Assembly (NCBI GenBank): GCA_002633005.1
Contig: NMRA01000169.1
Span: 599,387-663,386 of the forward strand
Direction: 5' to 3'
Length of the DNA stretch: 64,000 bases
DNA from: Phoronis australis
Taxonomy: Eukaryota; Animalia; Phoronida
Shown: piece by piece, positions 38,601 to 51,700 of the stretch
Position numbering within the stretch: the first letter of the stretch is position 1
How the letters are laid out: the number at the start of each line of letters is the position of its first letter
Notes under the pieces: generated by a model
What the model was told of the DNA's origin: nothing
The model's database searches: none
The model's input: only the letters and a program-made list of their open reading frames with translations
Made by a program: the position numbers and the translations under genes

Positions 38601-40593
38601 AATCACATCCACTTATTTAGTATGGTAAGACATAGGCTTACTGCGGCACATTTCCCTTATATGGAAAATGTGACCTTTGACCTGAAGTGACTACAAGCAA
38701 CTGACTGTGAGCGCATGTGCGCATTTATAATAAGCGAGAGGGAGATTAGAAACTGTGGTAACTGCAGTTTTTCCTTAAAAATCGTGAATTTTGTGATTTT
38801 TTCTGGAAATTTCCCCTCAGGGAAAGTGAATTATTCTGTATTAGATGTTGCAAGACGGTACTTTCGTCAGGAATTGTTAAAAAGATATTTTTGACAAGAT
38901 TTCGCGTTCCATGCCTCTTTAAGATGTTTTTCATGAAACAGGAGCCTGTTATGTAGTATGTAAAGTCTTCAAACTGTAACTGAAGCAACAGCCTTACCTG
39001 GGGGTCCTCGTAAACCATCTGGTCCCTTGGGTCCCTGTGATCCTGGAGGACCCTGCTGACCTTGGACACCAGGAGGCCCCTGATTCCCTCTTGGACCTTG
39101 CGGACCCTTATCGCCAGTAATACCACGGTCACCTTGAGGTCCTTTGTTACCCTAGAGAAATTGAAAAAATGCTGAACTGACAGAACAGAAATCAGCCCAC
39201 CTTAGTTACAGGGTGGAGAAACAAGTCATTGCCTGAGCTTGGAATACACAGTGTCTCCGACCCTAAGTTGTGAGCCACAGTTGCTCCAGAACCTGTGCAG
39301 TCATTGGACATTGAGGTCCAGCTTGCCTTATTTTTTGGATTGGATGTAACCCATATGCGAGTTTAGGCTGTGCCTCTCAGTGCTTGGGCACCCCCTTCAA
39401 ACAGTGACCAAGGGAAACGCCGCTTTCATACCATTTTAGGGGCTTATACAGATATTTTACCTCAACATCCATGATTGACCTCGGGTGCAAGATTCCTGAT
39501 ATCAAAATTACATATGAGGGATATCATACTCATAATACTAATTAATTCACATTTCGTGTTTAAGTCCAAACTGTAAACCATTTTGATAACTAATGTAAAG
39601 TTAATATTTATTATCTTGAGCTAATATTTAAAATAAAATTAAGCTTAACTTAATACATTAATATTATGCAAAAATGCTTTACGAAGACAATGACTAAGAA
39701 GTGAAGACTGGTTCATAATTAATTAGGAGTAAAGATTTTACAGTTGAAACTAAACACAAAGTCTGACATCCAAATCATAACACCCTTCAAAGTAGAACAA
39801 AAACAAAAATCTCATTTTAAATTGCAATTCCATCATGATGTACTTTACCGGTGGTCCATTTGCACCTGGGTCTCCCTGGTCACCGGCTGGTCCTGGTGGG
39901 CCCGGTGGTCCCTGTGGTCCAGGAACAAAGTCGACGCCTGGAAGACAGGGAAGATTATAAGGCTACTCAATAGTCCTCAAGTGGAGCTAGTGAATTAATG
40001 TCCTAATTTTGACAAGAATATTTGAAATTCTTTGAATGTTTTGCAACAAAGATCACAAAGCTAGGATATGGCCCAAAGGAGTTCTCACAAACAATGATTT
40101 TTCAATATCTCACCAACTTAGAACGCGGTGTGGTGTTCAACTGAAATTTTATTTTCTAATATTCAAATAAGAGACATGTGGCATCAAATTATGGTTTACT
40201 TTACTAAGTTCAAGTTCTGCACCCTACTAGTAGTTACTATTGGAAAATATTTTGAAAAGGTGGGGGCATCCACAAGTCACAACCATGTTACAAAACCTTG
40301 AAAACAAAAGTATTGATGATTTTTTGTCCAAAATTGGTGGATATTTTACCATAAGAGATAAATAAAAATTATTAGTCTTTTACAGACCACTGGCCACGCC
40401 ACTTGACTTACAGACATGTGGCTTAGGGGGCCACACAAACTTAGAAATATTCAACCACGGCAGATCAAACTACTTGAAAATCATAGCTTAGGGGACCCAT
40501 AGAGAAACCTGAATCCAACACTTAAAACGTGTACTTACTTTGTCCATAAGATATTAACAGTCCTAGGCATAACACAACGGCGAAACCAGCCAT
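32474..40593 (-). CDS. Gene A: type I transmembrane collagen-cbEGF protein (368 aa): signal peptide, ~51 Gly-X-Y, 2 cbEGF, truncated EGF, TM, short tail
   Basis: complement join 40539-40593, 39849-39937, 38998-39151, 37479-37715, 35720-35842, 35213-35335, 33859-33969, 32474-32688 = 1107 nt, all GT-AG and phase-consistent. [24 protein letters not shown]-(GXY)n-ETNEC..-DINEC..-DLDEC..[30 protein letters not shown]..SVLY*. Confidence 0.88.
33859..33969 (-). CDS. Gene A truncated (4-Cys) cbEGF exon
   Basis: [37 protein letters not shown]; ctatag| and |gtatgt. Confidence 0.9.
33995..34116. repeat. ~39-bp tandem repeat, ~3 copies
   Basis: ttcagtgccatgct(a/g)agt.ccaatcaaatcagg.catat. Confidence 0.8.
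35213..35335 (-). CDS. Gene A cbEGF exon 2 (missing from the ORF track)
   Basis: [41 protein letters not shown]; 123 nt, phase 1-1. Confidence 0.92.
35720..35842 (-). CDS. Gene A cbEGF exon 1
   Basis: [41 protein letters not shown]; 123 nt, phase 1-1. Confidence 0.92.
37479..37715 (-). CDS. Gene A collagen exon 3 (237 nt)
   Basis: [19 protein letters not shown]; ttctag| and |gtgagt. Confidence 0.92.
38998..39151 (-). CDS. Gene A collagen exon 2 (154 nt)
   Basis: [21 protein letters not shown]; ctctag| and |gtaagg. Confidence 0.92.
39849..39937 (-). CDS. Gene A collagen exon 1
   Basis: [29 protein letters not shown]; cttccag| and |gtaaag. Confidence 0.9.
40539..40593 (-). CDS. Gene A signal-peptide exon
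   Basis: ctttcag|AATG; [18 protein letters not shown]; |gtaagt phase 1. Confidence 0.82.
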
Positions 40594-40662
40594 TCTGAAA
40601 GTGCAGAGGTTACAATCACATAAACAACACCAATGACATTCATTAGACTGCCTGAGCTATGT

Positions 40663-40818
40663 CAGTGGCGGATTTAGGGGGGGGGGGCAAGGAGGCCATG
40701 CCCCCTAAAATTTTCCCAGATTCCATTTAACAATACGAGGCTGCGAATGTCCGATGGGCAAAATCCTGGCTAACACTCTGCCCTGGCCCCCTAACTCAAA
40801 ATCCTGGATCTGCCCCTG
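40663..40818. mobile_element. Non-autonomous DNA transposon (CAG(T/G)GGCGGAT-type TIRs)
   Basis: cagtggcggatttagg / cctggatctgcccctg with G and C runs inside; a related decayed element sits at about 12435-12590. Confidence 0.6.
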
Positions 40819-41910
40819 TACGTAATGTGTCTCACTTTGGGTTTAGGTTAGTGTCAGCAATACCCTACCATTATTTGGACAATGGTCTTAAACAATATTT
40901 CTGCTCAAAATGTTTACCAAACATTGTAATTATAGTCATAGCTGAGTGTACTGTACAAATCATTCTTAAAAAAGTAATTTCAAAGTAATTTTATTGACAA
41001 ATTTGACTACATGAAATTCCATGCATCATATCATTCGGTTGACTTAGGGGATTTTTCACATGTAGGCCTACTCTTGACTTGTGGCTTTGACAGATTTCGC
41101 ATGTACTCTTGACCTGTGGCTTTGACAGATTTCCTTGTAAATCATATATTTCATTTATTTGTGGAAATGTATCACTTTTCAGGAGAAATGTTTTTGTTTC
41201 CAAGTTACTGAACTAATAAGAAAATTATATCAAATCTAACCCACTGAAGACAATAGTTAACATTAATTCTAGTTCAAAGGAGTCACAAAGGTGTGAATCT
41301 AATAGTGCTTGGCGTCTATTGAACAAGCTGTATGATATATAGTGAAATAGGTTCTTTCTGTGGTTGTCAACGCGTCTGGTATTGTAAGTTGTTGGAAGTC
41401 TTCAGAAACCGGCTAATAGATCTCTGGAAAGGCTTTCTTCAACTTCTAAATGTCACGCGCCCTGCAGTAACTGTTTACGTCACCGCCAATCTGTTCTTTT
41501 TTGTCTGCATGAAAACGTAACTGAACGCCTCTAATGTAACCATCATCTGAGTTCGAAATGACGAGCAGCCGTTATTCGGAATGAGACACTCATACCGGAC
41601 AAACAAAAAGTAACGGCAACCACCACTAGACTGACCACCACTAGACTGACCACCACGGACGGTCTTGGTCTTGCGCCATCTTCCAATAAGACAATCGCTG
41701 TGATCGAGGTGAACTCAATGCTACCACGCTTAACTGTGTCAGTGATAGTTGGCAATCCAACATACTATTTTTGGTAATGTTCACTTATTGTCATTCGCTG
41801 ACTGGTTGAGCTAGTTGGCGGTGATGTAAACAATTACTCGGGCCAGATCATTCCAAACAAGAGAGACTACCTCACCGAAGTCGTTGGTAACCACTTACTA
41901 TTTTCCTTAC

Positions 41911-42050
41911 CTCAAGCTTAGTAACAACAGAACACCTGTTTGTCAAAACTGCACAAAAATATCAACGTTTCGAGGCAACTCGAACAGTTCTTCAGACACA
42001 GTGCCTGGCCAGTTTCGTCTTCTGTTCTGGTGTCTCGTCCAGCCTCGGCT
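41911..42050 (-). other. Probable non-coding 5' UTR exon of gene A (5' boundary uncertain)
   Basis: Strong minus-strand donor GAG|GTAAGG at 41911/41910; the ATG exon at 40594 is preceded by an acceptor, so an upstream exon is expected. Confidence 0.4.
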
Positions 42051-44224
42051 TAAACCCCACCCTTGCTACTCAACTGTATTGAATACACATTCCAAATGCT
42101 TAAATTATGGACCAGTCTAAAAATTCGAACAAGCAGCAATTATGTTAAAAAGCTGTCAACGTACAAACTATTTCATTAATACATAAAATATTAATCGCAT
42201 TATTATATGAATTAAAATAAATGCGAATTCGAGGTTCAAAAATGTATAAAAAGTAGCACGATAGGTCGATTTTCATTAAATTTATCAGTCTAACGTACCT
42301 GCTAATCTTTCTGTTTGCAAGGTAATTGTGTCGTTACGTAACTCCACCCCAAAGCTGTCATTCACTTTCCTCAATAGGATATTGTTTAGTTTTCTGAAGA
42401 CTGCGTTAACGTTGGGTTGAATCACAGGGCGAGGTCGAGTTCTATCATCGGTACTGCTTGTGTCGGGAGATACACACACGTTGATCTCGGGATAGCCATA
42501 AAAAAACACGCGCAGTCGGTATTGATTTACTGGACGATTATTGAAAAACAAAACGTTAAACATTACATTCGTTGGTAAAGAGTTGTAGGCTAAATTCACA
42601 TTCTTTTTAGGAAATTGAAATTAATATTTGCCTTTTTAACGTTTTTGACACCCACGCAAAGACCCTTTAATAGACTAAGAATGCCCTGTGGTGTCGACTG
42701 TTCCGTTTTACATTATTTTCTTTTGATAAGCATCGTGTAAAAGTTTACCTAACTGTCAATCAGCAAGAACTGTGGAAACTATCACAAAAATATTCTATGT
42801 GATTACCAGGATATAGAGAGTCGTTGCGGTGCTTCCGTGCCTTCCAAAAGAAATTTCGGGATGCCTGGAAATGAATTCAGAAAACGACATCAGTCCAGAA
42901 AGACCATTTTCTGGTATTCCTCAGTGTGTTTTTATTAACAGCTATTGCATGGACAGTATTCACCATAGGGGGCTGAGGGCTATACACTTTTTTCAGTGCC
43001 GCGCGGTCCATGGTCTCAGTATGGGCGGTGCACAGCCCGCGTATTGCATGTACATAAGGCAAAGAAAAATAAAACCGATACGAATAACGTGGAATCTGTC
43101 TCATGAAAACAGACTTTTAAGGCCAAAAAGCACAATTGGTATTGGCCTCAGTCACGGAATAATTATTTTTCTTTTTTAATCATCGCTTGGTGAATCGTCG
43201 CGTTTCAAACCTTTCTTACCCTTGCTTACGTGCCTTTGTTCAGCTTTTTTAAAAAATCAAGAAACCTTGGCTGAAATTGATTAACTATTAGCCGATAAGG
43301 TGTCAAATGCCATTCTATTGTTTTATCGATATTTGGCTCGGAACCTTTTGGAGTGAAAAAAATTAGTATGTGCTCGTCTTGATAAAAAGATGTAACCAAA
43401 AGCCTCTCATGCAATAATAGGCCTACCTCATGTTATAACCCACTCGCGTTTATTGAATACTCAACAGTTGCACAGCAGCTACTTTGCAGCAAGTTATTAA
43501 TTAGTTACAGTTGACATAATTTTTGCGTCGAAATAAAATAATCAAAAATAGATCCCATTTTATGGGATTTTTAAAGTCTATGCTGCTGCGGTTGCTGAAG
43601 GTTGGCAGTCGTGGGTTATAACTTCAGAATTACATCTTATAGCCAAAACCAACTGGTAGCTAATTTTCTCCGTTTTCCGTTTCCAGGGGTATAAAAAGAG
43701 AATGATTGTTATTATTATCATTATGATTGTTGTTGTTGTTGTTGTTTTTGTTGTTAGGTGATTTGATAATATACATAATTACCATATGAATACAGTGATA
43801 GGTGCAAAGTACATGCAAAGGGGGTCACTGACCCGAGAATTCAAACAATAGGATAATGAGGACGAAGCAGTATACCTTACATAAATTAATACTTAAATAA
43901 TATTTATATGCGCTAACTGCGAAGCGATACCGAAGCTAGTTTACAGTGAAACAACCGGTGTAGGTGGGATGAAAGGTCATAAGGTCATATATATTATGAC
44001 AAAATAAACTACTAACTGCGCATATAAGAATAATTATGTAAACAATCTAGATAACCAAAATATAAAAAAACAAACTTATTTCCATGGTGGTTTATGCACA
44101 TATTGAATTTTTTAAAAAAATATTACGAAAAAATAATAAATTGTGAATATTTAGACAGGAGGAATGACAGATGTGAAAGAAATGAACTGAAAAAATAGGA
44201 TGAAGTGGTATGCTGGATGACAAA

Positions 44225-44900
44225 TAAAAAGATAAATAAATAAATTAATTACATTAAAATCGAAGTTATCACTTCTCTCATTAAGGCTGAGTAAATATTG
44301 TTTGGTTTGTCATCAAAAGTATTTAGATCTGTAATGTCTCTCAGGTGGCCAGGAAGTGAATTCCACAGAACTATATGCCGTCCATGGTACTGTGAGAATG
44401 GCGTGGTTTAAATGCTGATAAGAGTGATGAAGGAGAAAATATGGGACGTTGCCATGAACAATTTTATGAATAAGATGGAGCTTGAGTTCGTTAACAACTC
44501 GATTTTCAATATTTAGCCACCCAAGAGACTGAAAATGACAAAAACTAATGTGAGTACGAGGGTGTTAACTGAGTACATATTTAATTAATTTGTTTTGAAA
44601 CACCTGGAGCTTTTTGCGAAGACAAATTTTCAAAGTGAAAAACCAATTTGAACCCACATAATCAAATAAAGGAATTATTTACTGAATTGGACAGGGTTTT
44701 ACTGACCTAAGGTCTAAGAAATCTCTATGCTTGTACAAAAAATAGTCTGCAATTGCATTTTCTTGGCTGTCCCGTAAGAGCTCATTATCCATTTGGAGAC
44801 CAAAATAACTTAAGAATGAGCATGAAATGATTACACTGTCGTCACAAGTTACATTAAAATAAACATGGTTTGATTTACTAAAAATAATTGATTGAGTTTT
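44225..44900 (-). mobile_element. Decayed LINE (CR1/L2-like) 3' end
   Basis: Minus-strand remnants resembling the post-RT region (FLSYFGLQMDNEL; VLWNSLPGHLR) with stops and frameshifts, followed by a (TTTA)n-like tail. Confidence 0.55.
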
Positions 44901-47362
44901 ACCAACATGACGGGATAGGTTGCACGCCGTTGCAGCCATCGTTTTATCCAAGTGCAAACGGTCATAAATACAGTCATGTACAAATATATTGTCTTAGCCA
45001 TTAGAACTTTCATGATGACGAATGAATGTCACGATTTTATTTGCGTGTCAGACGGAATTACATTGCTTCGTCGTAAATGGCGTTGTACGGTATACGGCGC
45101 ATGCAAATCAAAGTTGTGAATGAAAAGTGCCATGCACTTAAAGAAGTTTGAAACAAGTGAAAGTTTGCATACGGAACCGACAGACTACAACTGAACACTG
45201 ACGTCTGTTTAACAAAACATGTAAAAAGAGTGGCTACAATACTGGCGTATTGAATGAAGTCACCTAGTATACTGGTATCCTGAATCCGCCCCATTGACGG
45301 TTACTCAGGAAACTCATATTTGAAGACTACAATTCACTTCACTCAACTTATTCTCAGCTACTTCGTGACTTTAAATGAAGATTGGGGGTGTTACGCACCA
45401 ACTATCTTCATTCACCGTGTGACAGGTAGAGAATACTGTAAAGGCGAGCGAGTAATCGCAATGAAGGCACGGCGTTTTTTATCGTGTCAGCAGGGGGCCA
45501 GGGTCGCCTCCTCCCTTTAATTCACCAATGAGCTTTTAACGGGTGATTTACTTCTAAGATTAAAATCTTGCGTTGTAGAATGTAATCTTCTGAAGCTGCC
45601 TATATTATGCTCCCCAAAAGCATTTGTAAGCCGTGCTGGAAATGGGGTAAGCGAGGGGGGGGGGGTGTCAGGGGAGTACACCCACTCTGTTTCCAGGGTG
45701 GAAACTCGGATGCTCATCTTAACATGTGGTGCCGACACCTGAAGCCAAAAGGAAACAAATTACCCAGCATTTTGGACCACGAGCCCTGTGAACGAGCGCT
45801 TAAGCCCGATTTCATGGGCTGCAAAACAAGTAGCCATCATACAATGAGTGAAAGAAGAGTTACTAAGTTGGCCTGACTTCAAGTTAAAATTAAGTATTCC
45901 AGTTATGAATCATATTCATTGCCGGTATTTTTATAAAGTTTATTTCAACATACATATAAGTAGTCATTTTATATAAACAGATATTTATATAAACAGATAC
46001 AAGTTTCCCTTCCAAACAATCTAGCACTAATGAATACTGATTAATAAAAGTTTTAACAAGTTGGAGAACCAGCAATTTTAAACTGACCACCACTGACAAA
46101 ACTCACAGCTCACCCGTGTTCATGCCACACTAGCAAATTCTTGGAAGGCTTCCCAATGGGTTAATTGTTAGAAAATTAATCTTTTATCAGCGCCCCCTGG
46201 CTTTTACAGATGAAACATGCCAAGGTAAAACAATAAAACCTAAACCTTAATCTCCACAAGCCATCCAGTTCATTCATGGAGAGTTGAATCAACCTGGAGA
46301 AACTGAATCAAAAGCATCCTTCAAAACAAGTTGCTATTCAGAAACTTGTTCAGTTTTTGTTCAAACAGTTTTGGTTAATTGAAAGCACACTTCGTATATA
46401 CATAAATAAGACCTTCAATTAATTTACAAGCCTTCTTTAATTTGGTAGATTGACATTTCCTATATTTTCAGAAATTAACCTTTCAGCACCAGAAACATTC
46501 ACATGATGGAGTTAGTATATCACAAACAAATAATTACAACAGTGTAAGCTAGAATAATAGTGTTGCTCATGTAATGGAAAGTAATGTTAAAATGGCCATC
46601 ACCTAGCCTTCCATCACAAAAAAATAACTTTGATTTAGACCACATACAGATACGAAATTGACACTTTGTCAAATTAGAGGGAATTCAAGGAATTTGAAAG
46701 AGCTGCACGTGCGAGATTGTTGGAGACCTGGCGCTATGAATTGAGTTGTCATGAGGTGTCATTTTATTGGCTGAGCATGGTCACAACAAATAACTGTCAC
46801 TGAGTTCTTTGCAAGCACTGAAATCATGTGTCATCTGAGTAAGAAATATCACGTGTCATTGGAGTAGGAAACAAGTTGAAACCAATCAAAAGTTGCTTTA
46901 AAAATAAAGATGTCTCCAGAAACATCCAATAAACCCTGTGACTGTTACAGATTAAAACATTCAAATACTCTTAACACTACTCTGTACCTAAGTACACAAA
47001 TTACAGGCACAATAAACTAGCTAAAGTGCAAACAAAAATACAAAAAAAGAATACTTCTCAAAAATTGACATTCAAAATGACAACATTTCACAAATATAAT
47101 CGATCAGCTACAGTGATGCAGATAAACTTCACAATATGATCGATTGTAACATCAAGTGTCATTGAACCGACCCAGCACATATTGATTAGTGAGGTAAGAC
47201 TTTAGAGGTAGAGAAGACTGATATTATCATAAAAGCTGTTCGTCCACATGCTTGGATTAGGAAAAGATATTTGGTTTATGACAAGTACAGATCATACAAA
47301 AAAACAATACCGACGTTCATCATTGTTATTCAGACCCCAGACATGTGTTAACACCATAACAA

Positions 47363-47516
47363 CAATATGATGACCATAGGTCTGCAATATGATGACCATA
47401 GGTCTGCAATATGATGACCATAGGTCTGCAATATGATGACCATAGGTCTGCAATATGATGACCATAGGTCTGCAATATGATGACCATAGGTCTGCAATAT
47501 GATGACCATAGGTCTG
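47363..47516. repeat. Perfect 22-bp minisatellite, 7 copies
   Basis: caatatgatgaccataggtctg x7. Confidence 0.95.
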
Positions 47517-48326
47517 CCACAGACATTGTCATATTCTATGATGACCTCACTGAATGTCATTAGCAATCTCATTTATGTTTTATCTCAATACAAACTAACA
47601 GACTTACACACAGCTGGTTATGAAACCATGCACATCTCTGACACTAATTCACAGTCAGCTTTGTTTAGTTTGGTTAATGATGTTCAGAAAATCATGAGCA
47701 GAAAGTCTACACATTTTCATCAAATACAAGATGGCATGGACAATCCCAAAGCTGCAGAACTTTCAGGAGTACAACAAAATTTGCTTAACAAAGTTGACAT
47801 AATTCCAAACACCTTTATTAACGTTGCCATGAGGCCAACACCTCCTCCGACCAAATCCAGCAGGAATTTCTGGAAAACTGCAATTACTTTTAAACATTTG
47901 CTTCTGCACACACATAGCTCCATCTGACCAACTGACCAACTGACCAAGAGATCAGAAGATTGTTTCAATTTTTTTACACAGTCTTAACAAAAACTTACGA
48001 ACCAATTGTACGTTTCAGCATGAATACCCCTTAAAACTGCGTGTAAAATCATGAACTCAGACCCAGAAAGTAATTTCTAACAGTGTAGTAGAATGTAATT
48101 TTCTGCCACTCATCAAAATTAAATATCAAAGTTTTACTATTTAACAAGCACTTTATCAGGGAAAACTTTAGGTCTCAGATAATTTCAGAAGAACTTGTCT
48201 CCTTGTATGAATGTCCCAACTCAAACATCCAATTCTCTACTCTCTATTCATCATGAAATGATAGACAAATCTTTACTATCAGATCTAGCATGCAATGGTC
48301 AGTGATTTACAAAAATGCCAATCAAC

Positions 48327-48766
48327 CTATGTGCGTGACCACACAGACAAGCTATGTGTGGGAGAGGAAGGCTCATTGGTGGGCAATGCCGGCAGCGGAG
48401 GGGCCATGAACGTCGCGGAATCCCGATCTTGGGCCAAGATCACCGGCTGTTCTGCTACAGGCTCCGACATAAACACCACTGGCTGTCTAACAGAGGGCGC
48501 TGGAGCTAACGACACCACACGCTTCACGGATGGGACCGCTTTCACCGAATAGACAGGCCTCAGCGAGGGAGTCGATTTCATGGAGCTGACATTCAGGTTT
48601 TCTCTTGTGTTGTATATGGTCTCGGCCTCTCGGTAGATGTTCTCTTTGCTCGATCGTCGCGTGCACATGATTATGATAATAATGAGAAGGACAATGGTCA
48701 ATATGCAGATCCAGATGAGAAGAGCGAGGATGACCCAACGATTGAGAAGATTGTCCATCACATTAA
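48327..48766 (-). CDS. Gene B TM and cytoplasmic-tail exon
   Basis: cttgcag|; TM helix alignable to gene A, ~110-aa tail, TAG. Confidence 0.88.
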
Positions 48767-51700
48767 CTGCAAGTGGTAGTCATAGTTGCATAATATTAGC
48801 ATATAATTAAAGCAGACACAAGCCAACATTCCGCACAAGAAGCAAACTTTTGATTTAGACCACTTACCGCTTAAAAATAATAAAACTGGTCTCAACTCAT
48901 TCCTCACTCAGATGAGAAGTGATTTTTGGGTTTTTCAAAGAACTGACAGTTCGTTATTCCTAAATAGCGACCATGTTCGGCACATAAAATGACACACCGT
49001 GACAAGACAACTTGTAGGAGCTGGTCTCCAACAATAACGAATGGTTAGTTCTTTCAAAGGCACCCTAACTTGACTGAGGTACAATTTGAAAGCAATTTTA
49101 GGATGGTGACTGGCCTGAATCAAAAGTAGGTTACTGTGACAAAAAGAGGTTATAGTTGCTATAGGTAGCAGCGGCAGTAAAATTGAACTAAATTGTTGTA
49201 AAATACACAGTCTAGTTAATCTCAAAAATGTGACTTACACTAGGTGGCATTGAGAACTAAGAATTACATTCAAAAAGAGTGCAAGTAAATTTACTAGCAT
49301 GAGAAAAAGTACTGAGTGGCGCTTCAAAATGCTGATAATTTGAAAGATGTTTTCAACTTTCATCTACTTTTTTTAAAGAAAAAAAAATTATGCTCAAAAT
49401 CGAGCACATCTGAAAACCCACAGAACATAGTGACTGTCAGACATTAAAAGCATTGATTACGTGAGTGAACCTGTACCAACAATGTATACCTCAACACGTA
49501 TTTAAATGAAAAACTAGGCAGTAGCACATCCTAATCCATCTAGTATGCCCAAAGATTTTCTCCAAATTACGTTAAACTCTCGCTAAACAATCAATGTCAT
49601 GTTACTTTGTGTACCTTTGGAGTTAAGACAGACACCTTTGGAGCCAGTTGAATTCTATAGATGCTTCCAGCTCCAACAATTGCAATCACAATCACCATTT
49701 TTGGAATAGTCCTTCATTCCACCAATGAAATTGGAAACTGAACTCTATTACCGTCGATGTGCTCGGGGCCAAACGGAGATGTACGAAAGGTCATCCATAT
49801 GGCAGCCATGCTGAGAGGAGGCAGGGGTCCCGTCTAGTCAAAAACTGATGTCAACAGACACACGATAACCAGCCCAATATTAAATGCTATAATTACCTTG
49901 AGCAGACGATGACTGTGTGTTGCTAGGTAACGTCATACATTGGTAGGACCCGCGGTTGTTGACGCACACGTTTCCTGGACAGAGGCCGGTGGATGTCACG
50001 CATTCGTCCTGATCTGAAACAGGAAGTGACATTTTAGGTCAAAGGTTAGCTACATAATTAAAAGAACGTTATGTATCAAAAAATTCCGCAGTGCCAAGAA
50101 TGTCTGTCTACGGCAGGAATCGAGTAAAATACAGCAAAGTCAGTTTTAAGGTGGGATGTGTGGTTTAAGGTTTTGTTGTTACGACAACAGTCTTGTCAGT
50201 AAAAATTAATAAGTGCCTAATCAAAATATCTTGGTGACAAGCTTCGATAGATAGCAAGTCAAGAAGGAGAGCAGTTGTAGTGATTGCGAGGACAAATAAA
50301 ACAAAACAAAAGAAAAATGTTCAGTTATGATCAATGATAAGCGTGAGTACAAACGCGAGATATAATCAAAGTGAATGTAATTCTTAATTTGTTTTAATAA
50401 CAATAATAATAATCTTTACTTTTTCTTTTGTTTCAAGTTCACAATAGAAGACTACTAAGTTTTGCTAGAGCTTAGAACACTGCTAAGAACTAAACTGCAT
50501 ACAAGAACATAAACCTGAAGAGATTTTCTACAGCTGAAGCCTGTTAGCTCAGAGCCTTCAACGCGTTTTCACTCAGGCTATTGAAACTGTCTATTGTATA
50601 TAGAGATACCTGAGCTAATGAAGGGGAAATGTAATCAGCACTTAGCAAGTCAAAGTCTTTACGTAAATAGCTGACAATTTTTTAAATATCAAAGATCGAA
50701 CTGACTTAATTTTGTTGTTGAAAACACTGTGGTCATATTCTTGAAATTTTAGGTTTAAAACTTTTTTTTTGTAAATTAGACGCCAAGTTGTTAACCACTG
50801 TTTAAGACCAAACACATAGACACCTGGTCACCTGTACAATACATCAGTCTTGGGCATGTGAGGGATTGAAGCTTAAGGCATTTGATGCGGTGACATACAG
50901 CTTTCCTGGGGCTCTAGGGGTAAAAATATACCGATTTATGTAGGTGTGTGTAGAAGGTTTCACTGGAGAATTTTACTAAATAATAATCATGTCAAAATGA
51001 TTCCCACCGCTGCACGTGAGTCTGTTTGCCTCCAGCACAAAACCTTGAGGACATTTACAGATGAAGGCGCCATACGTGTTCTCACACGTGTGACTACACA
51101 GTCCATTCAACTCATCGCACTCGTTGATGTCTGTAAAGAACATATGACATATTAATAATAAATTATTAAAAATTAATGAATTACCTGTATTTCACATGGG
51201 CAAGCTTACCAAGCGTACTTATTACAACTCCAAGAACAAAGCTGCCAGAAGTACATCTCCGTCAAAAACTAAATTTTAATTCACACTATTTACCATCATG
51301 AAATTGGTCTCACTTGGGAAATGGTCACTGAGAGGAAACCAGTTTGACGCGTGTTATCCAAAATGCGAGACTCCTGTAAGTGACTGTTACAACTTTCTTG
51401 TTCCTTCATCAGATTGATTGATTTCTGGGATTTGTTACTATTCGAAACCAGTGTCAGCAAATTGGCATGAGACGGCAGGTCATTTGGTCTCGAGCGATAA
51501 CAAACCCTCAAATTTTCCATGCCCAAATTTACTTCAACTTCCAAAAAGGCACTTGCGCATTTTTTCCTGAACTACACTTGCCAGTAATAACTATTAAGAT
51601 ACCATTATGTTTGTGCTCAAGGCTCTTTAATTTTAACTGGACGTCATGTCAACTCGTAACACTCTTTGTATATTCTATAGTTTGGATAGATGTCCCTCAA

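Noticed and set aside
47326-47572. ORFs with repeated peptides (ADLWSSYCRPMVIILQTYGHHI) and a CRISPR-like periodic look
   Set aside because: Translation of a perfect 22-bp tandem repeat; no unique spacers, no cas genes, eukaryotic context.
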